Assembly: GCA_047967505.1 (NCBI GenBank)
Contig: CM106538.1
Source: Dipteris shenzhenensis
Taxonomy: Eukaryota
DNA length: 64,000 nt
Reading direction: 5' to 3' (one strand)
The notes under the pieces were generated by a model. The model searched no databases. It was not told the origin of the DNA and saw nothing but the letters and a program-made list of their open reading frames with translations. Position 1 is the first letter of the stretch. Every line of letters starts with the position of its first letter. Shown piece by piece: positions 1 to 14,038 of the stretch. Made by a program: the position numbers and the translations under genes.

Positions 1-1323
1 GAAGGAAATGACCCAACTTTCTTGGCTGGCACTTGGGACTGCTTTGGTGCATCAGAAGCGCTCGGCTCTGGACCTTCAGCCACTGCATTATTGCTGTTCC
101 TCGACTCTGATAAGCACGCAGTAGCCCCTGCCTTACCCCCCTCACTGGATGGACTGGAGTTTTTCTGCTCCTTGGGCCTTGTGGCAGAGTCCCAGCTTTT
201 CTCTGCAGCAGGCTGAGCAAGTGGGGTCTTGGGTGCATCTTTGTGGTGTCGAGAAAGAGATGGGGATGACAAATTTCTCTTTGACATGGAAGCTTTTGGA
301 GGAGCTGCTTGCCGGGGCGCCTCCCTAACGTCCAAGAACATGGTTTGCCTGTTACGCTTCTTACCCAGCATGGCATCCTTGTGATCTGATCTTCCCCTCT
401 TTCCAAAGCTCGAAGAAAACTTACCTTCCACGAATGACTGGTGTCCCCTCAACGCATCTGCTTTAACAGTGGCATCAATTGGTGCAGATCGGAGCGAGGC
501 ATTCTCCTCAGTTTCAGATGCAACTCGGCAGCTAGACTTGGCTAGCACGGTTTCCTGGGACTCCATTGCGTCTCCCACAGAAGCTTCGCAAAGATGTGTA
601 GCGCCTGCAGCATCATTGGTACTGTCATCGACAGCCATGCCTTTCACCTCTGAAGGACTCCCCTCCGTCTCAGAGGCTTTTCGGGGTCTACCATCTGCCA
701 GAGTTAAGACGGCCTTTAATAATTTTGTAGGCAAGCCATCCACATATCAAAAACCAAAAGATTTCAGACTTATGAAGCTAAAAATTGAGCTCACCGCTTT
801 CAGATTCCACATTATGTTGATCACTATCCAAAGTTTCGGAAACTCCAAGTTCTCCATCCTCCATTTCAAGGTCCTTCATGCTTTCCGTTTTAGCATCGTC
901 ATCTTCCGAGTCCTTTACATCACAGCTTTTAACACTTGAACTCCTGGGTGAAGCACAGCACCTTGACGAAGGCATAGTAACAACGGGGCCAGCATCTTGG
1001 AGAGTAAGGGACGCTCCCTTTACATCAGATTCAACCTTAACGTCACGCACAGGCTCTTCAGGAGCAACGTTCCTGCGAATAGACCTCACAAAAGGACGAA
1101 AACATGAAAGAGGATGCTGCCCAGGTGGAAGGGGGGCTACATCCAACGACTGTGGAACGACAGGAGGCAGGTGTGGGAAAATCCAAGCAACTTGTTCATT
1201 TCCTGTCGCAGAAGGAGGCTGAAAATTTTGTGGCTTCGTTTCACCGGCTGGAGACAAATCACAATCATCTTGTGCGGGAGGAAGTTCGTTTAGGTCAAAC
1301 ATCGGCCTTCCCTTGGACCCCAT
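1..1323 (-). CDS. 5' part of a Sen1/UPF1-like (SF1, DNA2/NAM7-type) helicase gene, plant At4g30100-like family; exon 1 1323-795, intron 794-695, exon 2 694 to beyond the left edge
   Basis: N-terminus MGSKGRPMFDLNELP. A GT-AG intron (GTGAGC...GGCAG, phase 1) joins exon 1 in frame to an open exon containing DHKDAMLGKKRNRQTMFLD. I recall both motifs from this plant helicase family. The helicase core lies outside the window. Confidence 0.82.
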
Positions 1324-2084
1324 CCCAGAATTTAAAAAAGGACCTATGGTGTTGTCCTAAAAAAGCCAGCTCAATGGCTCAGAGCAAGAGTTCCCGAAAG
1401 TATGGATCGCATAGACGGAAGACGTAGCATCCATGCTCCTTTCTTCGCTGTGCCGCTTGCCAAGGAAGGCCTTCTATCTCCCCACGTTACCAGTGGCAAG
1501 ACGAATAAGACTAGCAATGCCAAATGTAAGATATCCACCCTGATATTGCGCTCGTTCGCATATCCAGCATCGGTGTCCACGATGACTAAGGGATCTGTCT
1601 GTTTACGTGTAAAGGCGGACAAAATAAATGTGAGAATGCATTTTAAGAATCCCTGAATCCACGGGGGATTCATATATTAGGTAGGACTCTTCCTCAAGGT
1701 GAAAGATTAGGGGGGGGAGGAATCCTGGATGCTGTCCTCCCTTGCAATCGACAGAAGGAAAAACTCCAGATTGTAGATGAGATCAAATCTTGGATACTTG
1801 TAACACACGACCCAAGCCAGGTTGTGGAGGCAATGGTTCCCCCCGAGGAAAATATAGGGTCAAGGTATGCAGAATGCAGCAGAGAAAGCGTCCTGCAATC
1901 AATAATTTGACAACTGCAATCTGCAAGGGTGGGAGAAGGGAGAAGAAACGCAGAAGCGAAATCAGAGGCAAAGAGGGGGTGGGGATGATCACGGAAGCAA
2001 AAGGATGAAGTCTAGAGGGGGGAGGAGTGAGGATAGAAAAGCAGGGGAGGGACAAAAGACTGTGCGGGATGAAGGTGGAAGAGT

Positions 2085-2420
2085 TCTGGAGGAGGAGGAG
2101 GGGAGAAGAAGAGATGCGAGGGATGAGGAAGAGGGAGGGAGGGGAGGAACCCTAAAGGGAGGAGGAGGAGGAGGAGGAGGAGGAGGAGAAGGGGAGGGAC
2201 TGCAAATTTTGAAGAGGATGAAGATAATGAAGAAGAAGAAGAAAAAGAAGAAGACAAAGGAACAACAACAACAAGGACTTCACACAAAGAAGTGTGGTTT
2301 ATGAGATGAAGGCCTTGTCCCTTTTTATAGCCCCCCCCCCCCCCCCCGCCCTTCCTTGCGGTTCCTGGTGGGTTCATTTACACCCTCCCCACCTCCCCCC
2401 CGCCCTCCCTTCCTTGCCTT
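2085..2420. repeat. Low-complexity (GGA)n/(GAA)n/poly-C tracts in the 5' UTR and promoter region
   Basis: Directly visible simple repeats; they explain the spurious ORFs here. Confidence 0.85.
2321..2330 (-). promoter_or_regulatory. Candidate TATA box of the helicase gene
   Basis: CTATAAAAAG on the minus strand, followed by a long pyrimidine-rich (CTT/CCT) leader running toward the ATG at 1323. Confidence 0.45.
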
Positions 2421-5400
2421 CCCTTCTCCCCTATGCAAGTCGTTCCCGCTTTCTTTCCCTGGGAAAACAAAAAAAAAAAAGCAACAAATCCTGAATTTCT
2501 GCTTCACAGAATTAGAACTATTCAGCACGGTACCCACGGGCGGACATTCGGAATTTTTAAGGATTCATTTGCTGTCGCTTTGATTGATTGACCGCCGTCG
2601 ACGTGCATTGGTGGCTCTGAGACAAAGTTTGGCAATGAGCATTCACGACTTAGGGCCCCTCGTTTTGCCACACCAGTCCACATTGACAACACCACCTCGC
2701 ATCTCTCCCCGCCTTTTCCACACCAATTGTTGCCGGTTCTCCATTAATTCATCCCCAATCGCAACACCCTGTTTCGAGATGGGAAAACCAGCTTGGATTT
2801 CTCCCCATCTCTTCGAAATACCAATTACAGTTCCACATCAGATGATGCAACACCTCACAAATGTGTGTGTGGTTCTCAGCAATCCGGTGCAACCCCTCAC
2901 AAACGTGTGTGTTTCAAGATGCGGCAAACCAGATGACTTGGCCAATGCCTTTCTTTTAACTGGTCTGGAGAAAAGTTTTCTGCTAGCGCTGGTAATACTA
3001 CTATTACCTAGTACTACCCCCACTACCTCACCACCCATGCTTTCTTTCCCATTCCCCCATCACCCACTACCATGCCTATCCATGCTCCCTCTCCTACTTC
3101 TGAATGATGGGAGTGTTGAAGGCAAAACAAGTAAAGCTTTGCCATTATTGACTAGAGCACATATGCAAGCTCTCAAGCATCTGTATGCCCGGGCAACATG
3201 CCCTTTTTAATTGTCTTTGAAGGAGCAAGATTGTGCTAGCAAATTTATGAGCAGAGAGTGCAATAAAAACTCATCCAATAGATTTTGGCATTTCAAATGT
3301 ACAATGTTGTCATGCTTATATACTCCTTATGTACTCCTCTTCTCCTCCTCGTCTCATTGTGCTAATCTCTAGATCCTCCTGCCACTCCTCCCATCTCAAC
3401 ATCATCCTCAATGCAAATGGTTGCAATATCTCTATTGAGATATTGAGATCTCGTATAGGGGGTGCAAGCAGCACGCGGCAAGTCATTGGAGGGGGGTACT
3501 CATGTTCTCACATGTGCCTCCCTTGGTAAGCCAACACTCGCAGAGGTGTGGGTGATACAAGCAAGCCACATGGGCGAGTTATTGTCTTGTAGCATATATG
3601 CATCCGTGTTGAACAAATGTACATTCGTGCTCGCAATTTTTCCCTCGGATGGACCCAGCAAACAAGCTCAACACTAATTTTCCTTGAACATACCACTTTG
3701 TTAGGAGTCTTAACTTATAGTAGCGTCCCATTTGCCCTCCACTTCTATAATATGCTGACAAGGCTACTCAAAGCCTAATCAAATGCCTTGAGAAGGGCAC
3801 CCATCTTCATAGAGAGGGGCCCCCACATGCCTCATCATATTGTCATCCCCCACCCAATCACATCCTTCGCATCCACTTGGTTCAACCCAACCACCCCACC
3901 CCTTTACATTCTGCCTACAATTGAAGTAAATGCATGCAAAGGCAGAGCTCTTGTGAAGTGCTCACCTTTGCTTAGACCTCTGCCGTTTGAGAATGCCTCT
4001 AGGTGCATGTAGGGACTCTCACCTTGATGTGGACATGACTTAACCTCAAGAAAGTTTGGACTTCAAGAAGCATAAAGTTGCACCATCACACACATAACAC
4101 ATCAACACAAGAAGAGGGCAAGTAAGAACCAAGGGTCGTCATTGTCTACGTTAGCTCAAGCGAACACAACATGCCTTCCAAAGGTCACTGATGATAAGCT
4201 TCATGGGATCACCATGTCTCAATACAAATTTATCCATGAGGCAAGGATGATAATGCCGCTCCACCATGATTGACGGTTTGTGTAAGATTGGTTTACACAT
4301 TTAAATGGGCTGATGTCTATGGGGACTCCCTCCCTCAAATATATATATTTATATTTAAAAAATGTATTCAATAAGTTCATATTTGTATTTACATATTGTG
4401 GAAAAGTAGTAATGATTTTTCACGATTTAGATAGGCAAAAGCCTCTATAGTTTTTATGATTTCAAGTCATGCTCCACATTCAATTTAAAAATCATTGCTC
4501 TTCATCTACCCATATTTTGTCAAGAGAGAGCATGAATTTATGCTCACTAACTTTTGCATTACTAACAATAGGAGGTATAGTTCAAGGCAAGGATGACATA
4601 AGGCTACAAACTTGGGAGGTCAACATACAAGGGAACCAAAAAAATAATGGCCTCTTGGAACATAACAACAAGGTGAATGATATTTAATAATTCATAAGGC
4701 CTGGCCAAGATCAAAACAGCAAACAAAAAGGAAATGGTGTGGAGGAAGACTTGAGGAGATAAAGGGGAGAGAGCGAGAGGGGGGGGTGGGAGCGGGGAGT
4801 AAGAAAACTAGAGGATATAAAGAAGGAGAGAGAGAGAGAGAGAGAGAGAGAGTCAACCACTTTAAAGTCTCCATTCAAGTCCAATGAAGAAGAGTCAACA
4901 TATTGTCCAATAAGAAAAATGCACTTCCAAAATTTCTAAAAATGCCTAATTTCTGCTTTGCCAAATTTGAAGCATTGTTAGGGCAGGCCAAAAACCTTTA
5001 AAGGGCCTAGCTAAAGCTTCAAACTCAACTTTAGAGCCTTGTCATTCTTATAGAAAGGCATGTTTCCAACTTGTGGCAATGGTGCACCTCTACATATTAG
5101 AGTGGATGATGTATGCATGCATAGAAAACTCAATTCTATGCGTGGAAGCTATCACATTGAGTTATTGTTTGGGTGATTGTAGTATCCCTCTTCTTTTCTT
5201 TTCTATTAAAATGAAAAATTATGTCTTTCCTCTATTCCAAGAAATGCCTTGAGAGGTAAAAACAAGGTCCTTACTTCACCTACTTCTCTCAGTGCTTTTG
5301 CCTAGCACACATCTAGCATCCATGTACTTGTCTACCTCCTTTTGCCTCACCCGAGTACACATGTAGCATCCTTGTCACAAGGGAAATCCATTCACATATT

Positions 5401-7429
5401 GCCTTCAAGCTAAGCTAAGAGGAGGTAAACCATGTGCCTTTCCCTCCATTCGTTACAAGTACATGTAGCATCCATGTATGCATCACAAAGAAAACCCATT
5501 CACACACCACCTTCAAGCTAAGCTAAAAAAGATGTGACCCAGGCTTGCCTTTCTCTCCTTCATTTGTCTACACCATCTAATTGTAATCTATACATTACAA
5601 ATTACAAAAAAAGTATTGTTAACATGGACCATGAAATAGCAATTGAGGGCAAGGTGCACAAACACACCTCCTACATGACTCAATCAAGTTTTCGTATTAG
5701 CAATATCCATGCTTTCTTAAGTTGCATGACTATAACATGGAGAGTGTCACTCGTTTCTTGTTTGTGCAAATTGTTGATGTCATACTATGGTTCACATTGA
5801 AAATAATGCATAAATCAAGTAAGTAGAAAATTATAGCTTTATTTTTACACAAGGGAATTAGATGCATTTCCGATTAAAAATTTGATCACATTCTTTATCC
5901 TTCATCTTGGTTCAAGTTTCAAAAGGAAAATAGAAATGTCATAGATTTCCTATCACATGAGCAAGGACATTCAATTCTATCTCAACATTGTACAAAATTA
6001 CTATTATTTCTAATTGTTCATACGTTGTGTGATTCCTTGTTATTAAATTGTTACTAAATAGTTTACAAAAGTCGAAGTTTAACGTATCGATCTTTGCCTT
6101 ACCTACTTGGATGACCATAGTCAAAGCTTCAACTAGTTTTTAAGGGAATGAAACTCACTTACACTAAGAACAAACAACTTATTTCCATGTACTAATTTCT
6201 TATATTAGCTTTGAGGTTTGGTTATGCCCACATACAGATTCACTATTGACCCATCTACCCTTTAATGACTAGCCTATGTTGTAAAAACATGTGTTTTTAA
6301 TGTTTTTAAAATTGTATATGCCTATATGGTTCTTAAACTTAATTATTAGGTATGTGAGGTCCACTACAAGGCATTGCACTACTATCCACATGGCCAATTA
6401 CAGCTTGATTTGCAAGGGGCAACCTAGTTGGAATAGACTCAATGTTCCCTTAATCCAATCTAGTGTTGGTCATGTTTTTGTACTTATCAAATCTTTATAA
6501 TCACTGCCATCTTAATTCTTTCACTAGCCTATGTGTTATAGATCTTTGACCAACCTATTAGTGCATACCATTTTTATAAAAAAGCCCATATTTCCATTTG
6601 AGTTCTTTTAAGTTTAAAAATCAAAAGATTGGTCAAAATCTCATCATATTATAATAATAGATGCCCGTGCTACATGTTCGCTAGACCATAAGATGATTTC
6701 AAGGGGTGTGTGCGATGTAGTTAGCATCAATGTAACATGCAATAATAGTCACAATGTGGATCTTAAACTAACCACATGGATAGAAGCAAATCAAGAGATC
6801 CCAATTGTCTTGTCACCAAGATATACTATTAAACTTGGCGCACATAAAAGTATAACTTACATGTTTTTTGCATCTGCTCTGGAGATACAATCAAAGATTT
6901 TATCAAAATTTTAACCATATAGAAACTTGTTTTTAATGAATGCATTACTTTTTAGATTTTCAAGGTGGTCACAACATCAACGTGAATAACTTAAAGGAAG
7001 AGTGCATATATATAAAAAATGAAAGTAAGTTTTTGAGATGCTATATAAGCTAATTCCAAAGACTACATGAATAGAAAAATGAAAAGTGGTATTTGATAAT
7101 ATGAATAATATAAACATGAACACAATCATAACATGGAAAGTGATTAAGAACTACATATGTGATATATAAAGACAAAAAAATATTGACAATCAAAATTGTA
7201 TTTTATATTGCTTAAAACAATGTGCACATTTGGCATATGTGTCGATTGCCAAATATCCAATATTCAAACCACTTGGAGGGAGGTTTTCTAATTTTAACTC
7301 AAATGATGTGGTGTTTTTGACTTAATGGATGGGAGCTTAGAGTCATAAACAATTTTGGTGGTGGTATTTTGACACAATTGATTGTCTCCATAATAAAACA
7401 TGGAGCGAAGAATCTCTCTTAGGAATCCT

Positions 7430-7590
7430 CAACATGCAAGTTCTACATGCGACTCCTACATGCAATTCCTACATGCAACTCCTACATGCAACATGCGAGT
7501 TCTACATGCAACTCCTACATGCAACTTCTATATGCAACTTCTACATGTAGAGAGAGAATGTCTTACAATTCCTACATGCAGAGACAGAAG
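7430..7590. repeat. Degenerate ~14-bp minisatellite (TCTACATGCAACTC), copy 1
   Basis: Repeated CTACATGCAACT units ending in GTAGAGAGAGAATGTCTTACAATT; the same block recurs at ~9152-9270. Confidence 0.8.
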
Positions 7591-7699
7591 CTCTCCAACT
7601 TGTATAAATACCCCATAATGGAATGAAGCCCACACTCTTGGGGCATTATGTTGAGTTCTACTTTGGTATTCCAAGCAATTGTCTCCAAGTGTCCATGCT

Positions 7700-8010
7700 T
7701 CCTTGCACTCCACGTCCAAAAGCATGTCCTAACCTTGCAACTCCTCCTCCCCTCTCCTTCAACCTCTCTCCTCCTCCCCCCCCTCCTCCTCCTCCTCCCT
7801 CCTCCTCCCTTCTCCTCTTTCTCCTTTTCCCCCATGCTCTTACACCTTCTTTCTTTCCCACTCCTATGCTCCCCCTAAACCCTTAGTTCCTCAACTCTTA
7901 ACCTCCATGATCTATGAGGGAGACGAGTCCTCCACCATTAATCTACCCTAAACCTTGGATCCTCCTTCTACCTCTTATAAACTCTGGAACCTCTATCTGA
8001 ACCTTGAAAC
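7700..8010 (+). repeat. Dispersed repeat, also present at ~46270-46615
   Basis: Shared CCAAAAGCATGTCCTAACCTTGCAAC-(CCT)n-CCCCATGCTCTTACAC...CTCCTATGCTCCCCCTAAACCCTTAGTTCC...GGGAGACGAG. Confidence 0.8.
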
Positions 8011-8959
8011 CCCCTTCTAAGCTTTGAACCTCCCTCTAACCCTTAAACTCCACCTAAACCCTTCAACCCCCAATGAAGGTGAAAGCCTTCATTACCCCAG
8101 CCGTGATGATACATGTTCCTTTCACACATGCATGCACTATGTTTGCTTACCACACTTAAGCCTACGTCTCTCACCGGAATACGACCTGAGGTCTTAAGCT
8201 ACACTTATACTACAAACGACCACACCGATATATCTATGGGTAACAAAAAGCCTCAGAACCCTGCATACTGAGCAAACCCTGCTCTTCTTGTGGAAGTCAT
8301 GGGAAAGAGCCAACATTTGGTGTCGCTGTCGGGGAGACTAGTATCTCAAGTAATCAGTAAACATGCAAGTATGTGTAAAACAAGAACTACTATGAATTTT
8401 CACGAACATAACACTCAAGGGCAAGGAGAGTAAAATTTTTTCCCAACTCTAGCCAAATGTATCAATCCCAAGCATAAACCTTGGGTTACTACCTTAAGAA
8501 ATTTTATTTATTTCTTAAAAATAAGCCACTTGACGAACAAATCAGGCTAGGTAATGGACACAAATGCATAGAGCTTGCAATTCCAAACATTTTACCTTTT
8601 TATAGAAGAGCAATCCGAGCTAACCATGAAAAGTTATGGTCCAGGAAGAGTTTAGGGTTTGACCCTAACCCTACCCACTCCACCCCCCATTCTTCTTCTT
8701 TCATATCTAGCCTCCATCTACTTCCCCATTCCGAGCCCTATGCAAGACCCTCCTCCCTCTCCATCGACCACCACACTACTCCCATCCTCACATGGTGAGT
8801 TATTTTGACCTTTTCTCGTAGCGATAAGCTAGCCATTCATCCACCGTCCATTCGCCCTCAATAATCCTGTTACATTGAGAAAGACTTGGAGAGCATTAAG
8901 GTGACCATCTCTTCCTCCCTTTGGATTTCCATCAAAGTTTTCAGTACAGAGGACACCAT

Positions 8960-9420
8960 TTCCCCCTCCCTCCCCTCCACCCCCCCTCCACCCCCCCATC
9001 CCCTCCACCCATCCCCTCCCCTCCACACCCCCCGCCCCTCCATCACTCCTCCATCCCCTCCAACATCCCTGCCCCCCCATCCCCCAACCCTCCACCCCCC
9101 CCTCCATCCACACCCCCTTCCCCCCCCGGCCGCCCTCCACCCCCACCCCCTCCTACATGCAACTCCTACATGCAACATGCGAGTTCTACATGCAACTTCT
9201 ATATGCAAGTTCTACATGTAGAGAGAGAATGTCTTACAATTCGTACATGTAGAGAGAGAAGCTCTCTAACCTCCCTCCACCCTCCCTCCTCCACACCACC
9301 TCTCCACCTCCTCCACTCCCCTCCTCACCTCCCTCCCCACCCCCTCGACTCCACCCCTCAGAGACCCCCCCTCCCGTCGCCACCGCCCAGTGCCATGCAA
9401 TGCCCCCCCATTTTTAGCCT
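8960..9420. repeat. C-rich low-complexity tract with minisatellite copy 2 (9152-9270)
   Basis: Poly-C/CCCT runs flanking the CTACATGCAACT block. Confidence 0.8.
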
Positions 9421-10829
9421 GCCACTTGAGTGGTAGCCTTATTGACGGTGGGTGAGCTTGGCAAAGCGAAAATAATTTCTAATCCATTTTTTGTGCCCTT
9501 CTCTAATTTCCACGTTCCCTCTTTCTCTCTTTCTATTTCAAGGCAAGGCCCCCTCCCCTCCCCTCTCTCTCTTCTCTCTTCTCCTTGCTGCACATCCAAG
9601 TTCTCTCTCTCTCTTCCAAGCTGCGCATATGAGGCAAGCCTTATGAATGCTTAATGAGCATTCATCTTGTTTTCCTTTATTTAAAATTAAAAAAAAACTA
9701 ACCCACCCTAGAACTAACTAGCCCTAATAGGTTAGAGTAACTGTCCTTGCAATTGGTAGTTCCTCTAACTAACAATTAGAGTAACTAATAGTTAGACAAA
9801 TTGGTTGGTTCAATTTGAGGAACTAGACTAGGTTAGTTAGTCCACCCCACTTAGAGTTTAAGACCATTCACACCATACTTAAGGCCAAGGACCAACCCCC
9901 CCCACAAAAAAAAAAACACATTTTACCCCTACTTCAACACATCATGACTCGCCCATTTGGGACCCAAATTGGACCCCATTTGAACCATGGTTTCACACAC
10001 AGAAACGCCATGCTACGGGCAATTTTTTAGCCCATTGCACACCATTTTGGAATCCCTAGCACTCATTAATTCATGCCCCCATATGGGCCCCTTTTCGCAC
10101 TAATTTGCTCATAAAATTCCATCGTGACCTTTGATTGACGATCCGTCTACACCGACACATTTCCCTACACATGTGGGACAATCCTAGGCACATTATTAAC
10201 ATGATGGTCTCTATAACACGAACTCATCTCTAACCCCCCTAACACAAGTATATCAACACCCGCACTTGCGGCAGAGACACCCATTCCACCTCTCGTTAAA
10301 TCTACATGCAGCTACGCCCTGACCAATGCATCCGACAACTATGCTCGCTAAATTTGCATACAACTCCTTTGCGCCCAATGCCTCTGACAAGCCTCTACCC
10401 TAATTCCCCCCCCTTGAAATTCAAGAAATCCCTTTAACTCCTCCACGACACAACATGGCCGAGCACCGCCATCCCGATGATGGGGATCTTGAACTCGATG
10501 CGAAGGGGAACAATTTCTTTAACAATCACAACAACTTTGGCAACAATAATAACAATCAAGGCAAGTGCCCCTTGGGCAAACTCTAACTTCCCAAATATAA
10601 TGGCAAGGGCGATCCAACCCGATTCCACCAACATTTTGATGCCGCATGCCGAGCGGGTGGAGATCAATCTAATGAAACCAAGGTCGCCTGGTTCCCCATT
10701 GCCTTAATCGATGAAGCCTTAGAATCATACCTAGACCTCTTGCATTGCTTTATCTTGTGAACCGTCCATGTACAACAAGAAGAATAACTAGATGGCTCCC
10801 CTTAATTTCCCTAATTTCTTTTCCCTCAA

Positions 10830-11280
10830 ACTCCCGCTTCAAGAATTCAACTTTAAAATAGTGGTCCGCAAAGGTGCCCAACACTACATTGCTGATCACA
10901 TGTATCGTGTCAAGTCAGGAGAAGAAGCCACTGGAGTAGAAGATGACTTGTCAGATGCCACACTATTTTAGATAGATGGTGTGCAGATATCATTGGGTAC
11001 TTGATGGTAGGAAGACCACCCCTTGAAATGAAAGCAGTGGATGCCAGAAAACTAATTTTAAAAGCTGCACCCTATCAGGACAACTGTACAAGATGGGTAA
11101 GGACCAGGTGACCAAGTTTTAAGAAGATGTGTAATGCCTCATGAGATCATGCTAATCTTGAGTGAAGTCCATAAAGGCATTGTAGGAGGACACTTCCAAG
11201 GGGAAGCAACAACACGAAAAGTCCTCGCAGGCTACTGGTGGCCAACACTTTGGGCAGATGCCGATGAATATGTCAGTCTC
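10830..11280 (+). mobile_element. Ty3/Gypsy (Athila/Tat-like) pol remnant: end of RNase H and integrase H2C2 zinc finger
   Basis: Translates to QEFNFKIVVRKGAQHYIADHMYRVKSGEEATGVEDDLSDATLF and RRCVMPHEIMLILSEVHKGIVGGHFQGEATTRKVLAGYWWPTLWADADEYV, with stops and frameshifts. Confidence 0.75.
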
Positions 11281-12158
11281 GAAAGATGACAGGGCCTATC
11301 TCACATCCAACTTCCCATATCTAACTACTACCATCCTCTTAACCTTCCCCGAGCTCTAGCCTAGAGCTCTAGCCTAACATATACTCCCTTCATTGTCTCT
11401 TTGCTCATGCCTCTCACCACTTTCAACTAACCCAACATTCACAAACTTACTAGCCCCTCACACCTAGCTTCTTCCCTTCCCTTGCTAATCCTACCCTTGA
11501 GGATTACCAAGCTGCTCAAGTCATTTGCTCAGTTCTTCCCCCCCTCCCCTCTGATCCCCCTTCCACAACTAACACTCTTCCATATTTCTCCCCCATGTCC
11601 CCAGATTCTCTCCTTGCCCCATCACCACCTTTGACACTACTTGTGCTGCCATCAACAAAAAATGACCCAGTATTTGATTTTGAATATCATGATCTAGATA
11701 ATCCAATTTGCACTCCCATGCCAAATTCCAATGATGGGTATGATTTTGATGTGATACCACTTCCCAGTAACCCCATCAAGGAAATTTGGAGCAAATATCT
11801 TGATATGGAAACTCGAGGTGGATGGACCCTCGACAACTTCCCTACCAACCTTCGTTAGTGTCAAATTAGTGAAGATTGGGTAAGCGATTGGATCCCCAAC
11901 CTAATTGGCACTATCCCAAGCTCTTTGATGTAATCTTCTTGAAAGAGTACCGGTGTGCATCTCCATGTCTCAGAACCCATCCCAAGTTCTATGCAGTTCC
12001 ACGATGTCACAGATGGGAAGCCAACATACACACTTTGGGTGAAGATTGCACCATAAATTGGCCAATGATTGATCCATACTCTAGTGTAGAATGGAATATC
12101 CAAGGCACACTGATCCGAGCACTTCAACAATAGCACCTCCTTTAGCAAGAGGGTCATC

Positions 12159-12279
12159 TTGTTGCTAGTGCAAATAGTGTACATAGAGTTTGGATGAAGA
12201 GCCATTTGTATCTCTCAGTGTTGTTGCCAGTGCAAATAGTGTACATAGAGTTTGGCTGAAGAGCCATTTGTATCTCTCA
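12159..12279. repeat. 62-bp tandem duplication
   Basis: TTGTTGCYAGTGCAAATAGTGTACATAGAGTTTGG...GTATCTCTCA occurs twice. Confidence 0.85.
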
Positions 12280-12789
12280 ATGCCCAAGGAGCCATTCAAT
12301 GAAAAGTATATTTCTTCCATTCCCTTGAGTACGTTTCTCTTCCCTTTGTCTTTTCCTTAGTATTCCATTTGTTTTTAAGTAAGTCATTCTCTTACACCCG
12401 ACATTTCACTCCTTCATTGCATATTCTTAGCACTCATTTGACATGATGTGTGCCATCACTTGCTCTAGCAAGAAATGGCAATCCGTGAAGGAATGCATCA
12501 CAAACAGACAAAGCAATCAGCTACATACCATCGTGAAGTATAGTGCCATAAGTGCAATGTCGATAGCCATATAGTTAATGAGTGTCAATTGAGTAAGTAT
12601 TCCATTATTTAAAAACTCTCAAGCCACATGACCAAAGCGTGCTAGTTCAACAAGCACAAGATGGTTGTAGAGGTCCATCAAGTAAGATGTCCTTCCCAAA
12701 GGGCTTCACCAAGGATGAGAAGAGGGACAAAGAGTAGTCTAGGAAGAAATAGCCTACTGGATGAATTAGTGGTAGCAGTCAAATCATAG

Positions 12790-13090
12790 AATGGAAAGCC
12801 ATCAAGGAGATCAATGTGGGTTCATGGGGGGAACCAAAGATTAATGCAGAAATTTTCGAAAAATTTATCGAGCAAGCCCAAGAACCTTTTCTAGATTATA
12901 AGGATGTATTTGCATGGAAACACAAGGACTTGGAGGGGTACCACTGAATTTGATTCAACACCAAATTCCCTTATTCTCAATTTGAAGTTGCTTTAAAAAT
13001 AGAGGTAGAAAATGAACCCTAACTGTGCCAAGTTGGTAAACATTGAGATAGATTAATGGGCACTAAGGGTAGGATTCGTCTATTTGTGTA
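12790..13090 (+). mobile_element. Gypsy (Tat/Athila-like) reverse transcriptase N-terminal remnant
   Basis: KEINVGS...DYKDVFAWKHKDLEG...IQHQIP...MNPNCAKLV, frameshifted; related to 39380-39650. Confidence 0.65.
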
Positions 13091-14038
13091 GTACGGTGGT
13101 GAATCCACATGTAGTGGGGATCTTAAAGGAATGCTAACAGAGACTCCTCTCCCAAACAACTCCTCATGAGAGCTTTACAAAGCAAGAAGCTATCACTTGT
13201 TTCATGCAAGTGCCTATAAGATTGTGACAATGTGACTCAACAAGAGAGGAGGAGGGAGAGAGCAAGGGAAGAGAAGGGAGGGAAAGGAGTATGGAAGGAA
13301 GGGGTAGAGTGAAAGGGGGTGAGTGGCAATCACAAGGCAACATGCAATGGAGAAGCAAGAAGACTCAATCAACAATAATGGAGCAAATCAGAGAGCTTGT
13401 ATTTCCAAAGGTTGCAATACACAATGAAGACCAAAGTCAAACATTTGGCCTTCTATACATTCCACCTTTTAAGGGGAGGGCCAACCCTATCCTTTCTCAC
13501 CTCTCTCTCTCTCTCTCTTTTACAAACTCTTTGGCCAATACGGCTCCAAGGAGGATCTCATATTGTCTACCCCTCATCTTCTCTTACTTCATCACTCTAT
13601 CTTGCAAAACATATGGCACTTGCATGAACTATTAATAGTGGTAGTTAACTCTTGCTCAAGATCCATCCTTGGACCAGACTTGGTTCATGTGTCAGACTTG
13701 GGGACATTGTTCATGATGTGATGTCGATCAAAGATCCTATGGAAGATTTGGCAAAATGAATAGAGAGGCTTCCAAAAATGTGTTTCAAACATAACTTTGA
13801 AGGTCTATAAGCTGTCTTGAGTTGCTGGCTTCTTTAAGACTCGTTCTTGCTTGAGCCTCTCTACCACCTCAGCATCCTTTTTCCTAGTCTCTTCCTCTTG
13901 CTTTTGCTAATCTCTGCCTCCTATTTCTGAAGAGCCTCTTGCTCTTGTTTTCTTCTTGCCCCTACTTTGACCTGTCTGATGCCATTTATTTGGCCTTCTC
14001 TTTGAATCAATTTCAAGTTTTTCAATATCATTCTAAAC

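Noticed and set aside
2005-2583. Gly/Pro/Lys/Leu-rich ORFs
   Set aside because: Products of simple repeats in the promoter/UTR region.
2584-3210. 208-aa ORF
   Set aside because: TTG start, no recognisable domain, non-coding-like composition.
8829-9436. Extensin-like Pro-rich or Gly-rich ORFs
   Set aside because: Arise from a C-rich low-complexity tract; no signal peptide or regular SPPPP repeats.
13110-13700. Possible solo LTR
   Set aside because: LTR-like composition, but I could not find TG...CA ends with a TSD.
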